30,049 bases of DNA from the IMG/VR virus record IMGVR_UViG_3300014576_000001; one strand, 5' to 3'. The notes under the pieces are model-generated. The model was not told the origin of the DNA, did no database searches, and was given only the letters and a program-made list of their open reading frames with translations. The stretch is from an uncultured virus (IMG/VR IMGVR_UViG_3300014576_000001) (taxonomy: Duplodnaviria > Heunggongvirae > Uroviricota > Caudoviricetes). Each line of letters begins with the position of its first letter. Positions within the stretch are counted from its first letter, which is position 1. A program made the position numbers and the translations under genes. This document shows positions 26,653 through 30,049 of this stretch, piece by piece.

Positions 26653-27182
26653 CATTGCTCCTGGACGGAATCCAGATCCGTGGCCACCGGCTCAAGGTGA
26701 CCGGCAACCTGCGCATCGAAAGCGACGATATGTCGGGGCAGACCAGCAACACAGACTCCGCTGACAAGGGTTTCAAGCCTAAAACGCTGACCGTGGCCCT
26801 GATGATCAAATACAAGGACTCGGCGGATCTGTCCACGCTGATGAGCCTGGCCGAGAAGACCGAAAGCGGTGGCCAGCGCAAAACTTACCGGGTGGTCAAC
26901 GATACCGCCGAAGCCTTCGGCGTGCGCCAGGCGCAGTTCAGCGAGAGCGTCAGCGCTCGGGAAGACGACACACTTAACCAATGGATTATCCAGTTCACGC
27001 TGGCTGAAAAGCTGTCGAACCCGGAGAAAGTCGAGGCGCGGCGATCGGCTAACGGCGTTAACAGCCAAGCCGCACCTGGTGATGGTGTGTCGGGGGCTGG
27101 TACCGGCGCCGGCGCGCCTGAGCTGACGGGTTTTGAGAAGGTGCTGAAGAACGTCGATAACTGGCTGGGCGACGTCAAATGA
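26649..27182 (+). CDS. Tail/baseplate-region protein (possible tube initiator)
   Basis: MTLLLDG... start at 26649 by ATGA overlap; DMSGQTS...KGFKPK motif of HP1-type late genes. Confidence 0.7.
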   Translation: MTLLLDGIQIRGHRLKVTGNLRIESDDMSGQTSNTDSADKGFKPKTLTVALMIKYKDSADLSTLMSLAEKTESGGQRKTYRVVNDTAEAFGVRQAQFSESVSAREDDTLNQWIIQFTLAEKLSNPEKVEARRSANGVNSQAAPGDGVSGAGTGAGAPELTGFEKVLKNVDNWLGDVK

Positions 27183-27889
27183 GCATGAAGCTACACAAGG
27201 TGCTGGCCATCGCCGGCACCATCTACCCGCTGATCAAAGATGACGTGCGGCTTGACCTGAAAAGTCCAGGGCGAGCCGTTTTCACCATTCAGGCCGAGGC
27301 GGCAGTTAAAGGGTTGGTAACACTCGATATCGGCTACAACGACAGCACGTTGCAGCGTCACTTCCTGGGCTACGTCGAGCGCTGCACTACGGCAAATCGA
27401 ACAGAACAGGTCGTTGCCTGCCGCGAGCTGGCCGCGATCCTGGCAAACCCGCTGCCGATGAACCTGCGCCATGTCGACATGCGCGCCGTGCTCGCCGACG
27501 TCAGTAAGCAGACCGGTTTGCAGTTCCGCGTTCCGGATCAGGCCTACACCCGCAACAAGGCACCGTTTTTCTACAGCCTGGCGGCGGGTTACCAGGCGCT
27601 CGACAGCCTGGCCAAGGTCTACAGCATCCCCGACTTTATCTGGCAGCAGCAGGGCAATGGCGAAGTGTTCGCCGGTAGTTGGGCTGATAGCTTCTTTGGC
27701 GCCCGACCCGCGCTGCAGCTGCCGCTCGAACTTTTCAACGAGTACCAGGGCAACCAGAGCGCGGTGATCGCCGCGCTGCCGGGCCTTCGCCCTGGTGCAG
27801 CGATCAACAACGGCGAGCGGGTCACCAGTGTGGCCCTTGCCGGCACGCAGATGAGCATCCGATGGACGAAGCAATCAAACGCAGCGTAG
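27179..27889 (+). CDS. Baseplate hub-like protein
   Basis: 236-aa ORF, WQQQGNGEVFAGSW motif; precedes spike-like gene. Confidence 0.6.
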   Translation: MSMKLHKVLAIAGTIYPLIKDDVRLDLKSPGRAVFTIQAEAAVKGLVTLDIGYNDSTLQRHFLGYVERCTTANRTEQVVACRELAAILANPLPMNLRHVDMRAVLADVSKQTGLQFRVPDQAYTRNKAPFFYSLAAGYQALDSLAKVYSIPDFIWQQQGNGEVFAGSWADSFFGARPALQLPLELFNEYQGNQSAVIAALPGLRPGAAINNGERVTSVALAGTQMSIRWTKQSNAA

Positions 27890-28836
27890 AGCGCCAATTC
27901 CCTGAGCTGACCGGCCAATATCACCTGCCGCGATTCGCGCAGGTTGTGTCGATCGCCGACGCGCCGGCAGAAGCGGGGGTGTGCGATGACTATCGCCCGC
28001 GATACGCAGTCGACGTCCAGGTACTGACGCCGGACGGCCTGCCTGACCCGGCGTTGCCGATCCTCCACGGCGTGCCGCTGCCGGTGCCAACGGGTGGCGA
28101 TGAAATGGGGATGTACGCATTCCCGCACGAAGGCACGCGGGTGGTGGTGTGCTTCGCCTACGGCCAGCCGCATTGCCCTTACATCCAGACCATCCTGCCG
28201 CACGGCCTGAGTCTTCCGAAAGTGCCGAAAGGGGACCACGTGTGGCAGCACAGTGACGTTGCGCAACAGCGCGTTGACGCGGACGGCAACTGGACGCGGA
28301 CCACCGACGGCAAGATCACTGATCAGTCACTGGATCGCCGCGTGGAAAGCGGCACGAACCAGGAGCAGTACCAGAGTCACGCCCAGGACGTGGCGAACCA
28401 TTCGACTGAGCAGGTCGGCGGAATCAAGCGCATCGACGCCTTGGGCGCGCTCAAGCTGAACTCCGCCGGCACGGCTACGCTCGCCGCGCTGGACGACATG
28501 CACCAGGCGACTGGGCGGGACTTGAACCTGGTGGTGGGCAAGAAGCACAACGCCGCCGTAGGTGGCGATATGCAGGAGCGGATTCAGGGATTGCGCGAGA
28601 GCGTGAGCGAGATCAGTCAGCGACTGCAGGCGCCGAAGACGTGGCTGGGGTCGGGCAACGTCAATGTGCTGCGAGTGCTCGGTGACTTGATCGACCTGGT
28701 GGAGGACATGAACACGCAGATCGCTGGCCACGTTCACCCTGGTCCGGGTCAGCCTCCAGCTAACGCAGCAGCATTTACTGCCGATGCTGCGAAAGCAGGA
28801 ATGCTTTCAGCGGAGCTTGGGTCTGTAACCCTATAA
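27862..28836 (+). CDS. Baseplate spike-like protein (gpV/gp5-like)
   Basis: OB-fold-like N-terminus (YAFPHEGTRVVVCF), beta-strand repeat stretch, C-terminal HVH metal-binding motif. Confidence 0.7.
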   Translation: MDEAIKRSVERQFPELTGQYHLPRFAQVVSIADAPAEAGVCDDYRPRYAVDVQVLTPDGLPDPALPILHGVPLPVPTGGDEMGMYAFPHEGTRVVVCFAYGQPHCPYIQTILPHGLSLPKVPKGDHVWQHSDVAQQRVDADGNWTRTTDGKITDQSLDRRVESGTNQEQYQSHAQDVANHSTEQVGGIKRIDALGALKLNSAGTATLAALDDMHQATGRDLNLVVGKKHNAAVGGDMQERIQGLRESVSEISQRLQAPKTWLGSGNVNVLRVLGDLIDLVEDMNTQIAGHVHPGPGQPPANAAAFTADAAKAGMLSAELGSVTL

Positions 28837-29331
28837 TCATTATCAAGTCTTAACCGGCCTAACTTATCTAAATTTTCCACGTGGCTAAGCCCTAACAACT
28901 TAACTGCTTAACAAAAGGTAAAAACGGTGGTGATTTCTAAAGCTGTTACTTGTGTTTACTTGTAGTCAATTGACGTATGACCGTTCGTCTAAAGGTCATG
29001 AAGTGGCCTGTGAAACATATTTGATCACGGGCTCAATGATTTCGCGGGGTTTGAAAGGGCGGAGTGGGTTTAGCCGCCCCGCAGTACCTCTAAGGATGCT
29101 GAGGGGCACGGTACAAAGGGCTTTCCCCGCTGTTGCCATTGGGGTAATGTTCACCTCGTCACCGCTGCCAAACCCGTTCTTACTCTTCGCAAAGTCAAGA
29201 TACGGCTCATGCTCACCCATCGTCAACCAGCAATGATTAGCAGAATGTTGTCAGATTGGATTAGCGGATTGTTGTTAGTTGTAGATGAGTGAGCAGGCGG
29301 CGGCGTCCCTAGTAATCAAGAGGATACCGCC

Positions 29332-29460
29332 ATGCAATATGCTTCACGTTATACGTCAGATCAATCGCGTCTGTTTCCGGAGGAGCTTATCCGCTTTCTG
29401 CAAGTCGTTTACTGGTTGCTGAAAACGTATCTCTTGTTTCCAGTTCGCATTTGTTCCTAA
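29332..29460 (+). CDS. Small hydrophobic peptide (42 aa), candidate type I toxin/membrane peptide
   Basis: AAGAGGA RBS 7 nt before ATG; MQYASRYTSDQSRLFPEELIRFLQVVYWLLKTYLLFPVRICS*; terminator immediately after. Below ORF-track cutoff. Confidence 0.55.
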   Translation: MQYASRYTSDQSRLFPEELIRFLQVVYWLLKTYLLFPVRICS

Positions 29461-29465
29461 CTAAC

Positions 29466-29490
29466 AACGGGGCCGATAAGGCCCCGTTTT
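29466..29490 (+). terminator. Rho-independent terminator
   Basis: AACGGGGCC-GATAA-GGCCCCGTT followed by TT; lies between convergent genes and may be bidirectional. Confidence 0.85.
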
Positions 29491-29519
29491 CGTTGGCCAG
29501 TTAACCGCCTGATTCGCCA

Positions 29520-29822
29520 TCACTGGTGGAACGGCCGACACCACCAGGACTGGGCATACCAGCATCCGTCGACCAGCTCGATCCCGCTGAGGGTAAATCC
29601 CTCTGTCGCCATCGCTGAGACCGTTGCGTCATACAGTTCCGGCAGAAGCAGTCTTCCTGATCCGTACAACTGCTGAACCCTTGCTACGTTCGAATGCCGG
29701 TTCAATCCCTCGCATATCTGATTGGCGATCACCAGATCTCCTTTCACTGCGTGCGTCCGCTTGATGGGCATGATCGCCAAGGCCACACCGCGCAGGCGCC
29801 GTGGAGTGATCAAGAGATGCAC
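29520..29822 (-). CDS. Conserved Pseudomonas-prophage-type hypothetical protein
   Basis: 100 aa ending LPELYDA...GIELVDG..YAQSWWCR; overlaps upstream gene by 13 nt. Confidence 0.75.
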   Translation of the reverse strand: MHLLITPRRLRGVALAIMPIKRTHAVKGDLVIANQICEGLNRHSNVARVQQLYGSGRLLLPELYDATVSAMATEGFTLSGIELVDGCWYAQSWWCRPFHQ

Positions 29823-30049
29823 GGTAAGGCCTCGCAGCCGTAAAGATCCTCAATCGCGTAAGCCAGGGCGCCGTCGGCTAGCTCCAGCATGTCGCTGAGG
29901 TCATCTCGATCGGTCACCTGGGCGTTGAACAGGGCGTTCGCTTGCTGCACCAGGTTTTTATGGTGGCGACCCGGGTTCGCCAGCAGCGTGACGCTGTCAT
30001 TCAGCAAAACCTTCCAGGCCTCGATCGCGGCCGCCTTCTCGTCCGTCAT
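29810..30049 (-). CDS. Phage-associated hypothetical protein
   Basis: 79-aa helical acidic ORF (DLSDMLELADGALAYA), start at window edge. Confidence 0.7.
   Translation of the reverse strand: MTDEKAAAIEAWKVLLNDSVTLLANPGRHHKNLVQQANALFNAQVTDRDDLSDMLELADGALAYAIEDLYGCEALPCIS

Larger units (their letters stand above)
1..30049. mobile_element. P2-like (HP1/K139-type tail) temperate phage/prophage, extending beyond the window
   Basis: Syntenic Q-P/O-N-M-L head module, contractile tail genes, lysis cassette, ogr and divergent CI/Cro-like switch; integrase and att sites not seen. Confidence 0.96.

Noticed and set aside
11275..28737. Long minus-strand ORFs opposite structural genes (e.g. 11744-12976, 15276-16757, 18931-19794)
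   Set aside because: Shadow ORFs of well-supported plus-strand genes.
28996..29226. 76-aa minus-strand ORF as a real gene
   Set aside because: No convincing RBS or recognisable motif; an equally weak ORF lies on the opposite strand, so it is left unannotated.
1..30049. CRISPR array, tRNA, rRNA or IS element
   Set aside because: No regularly spaced repeats, cloverleaf or transposase ORF seen.

Overview
The window is almost entirely one temperate P2-like (Peduoviridae, HP1/K139-type tail module) myovirus, probably a prophage in a GC-rich gammaproteobacterium, most likely Pseudomonas (inferred from gene content and codon style). The left ~7 kb is a leftward early operon: Cro/Ner-like regulator, CII/YmfL-like regulator, an 897-aa Zn-finger/TOPRIM/P-loop primase-helicase instead of P2 gpA, small hypotheticals, a Lar-domain protein and a truncated DUF4224/excisionase-like gene. 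It diverges from a short CI-like repressor and a small repressor-paralog peptide. Next come ogr, portal and terminase (minus strand), then a long rightward late operon: scaffold, capsid, terminase small subunit, head/tail completion, sheath, tube, TraR, holin, SAR endolysin, Rz/Rz1, tail chaperone with a -1 frameshift, tape measure, baseplate, a tail fibre ending in two FN3-like modules plus a six-blade Kelch propeller, DUF4376 protein, and hub/spike-like genes. An AT-richer ~650-bp insert after the tail genes holds an unannotated 42-codon hydrophobic ORF whose RNA architecture resembles a type I toxin mRNA. No integrase, att or cos site could be identified in the window. Family assignments are from motif recognition and synteny, not database searches.
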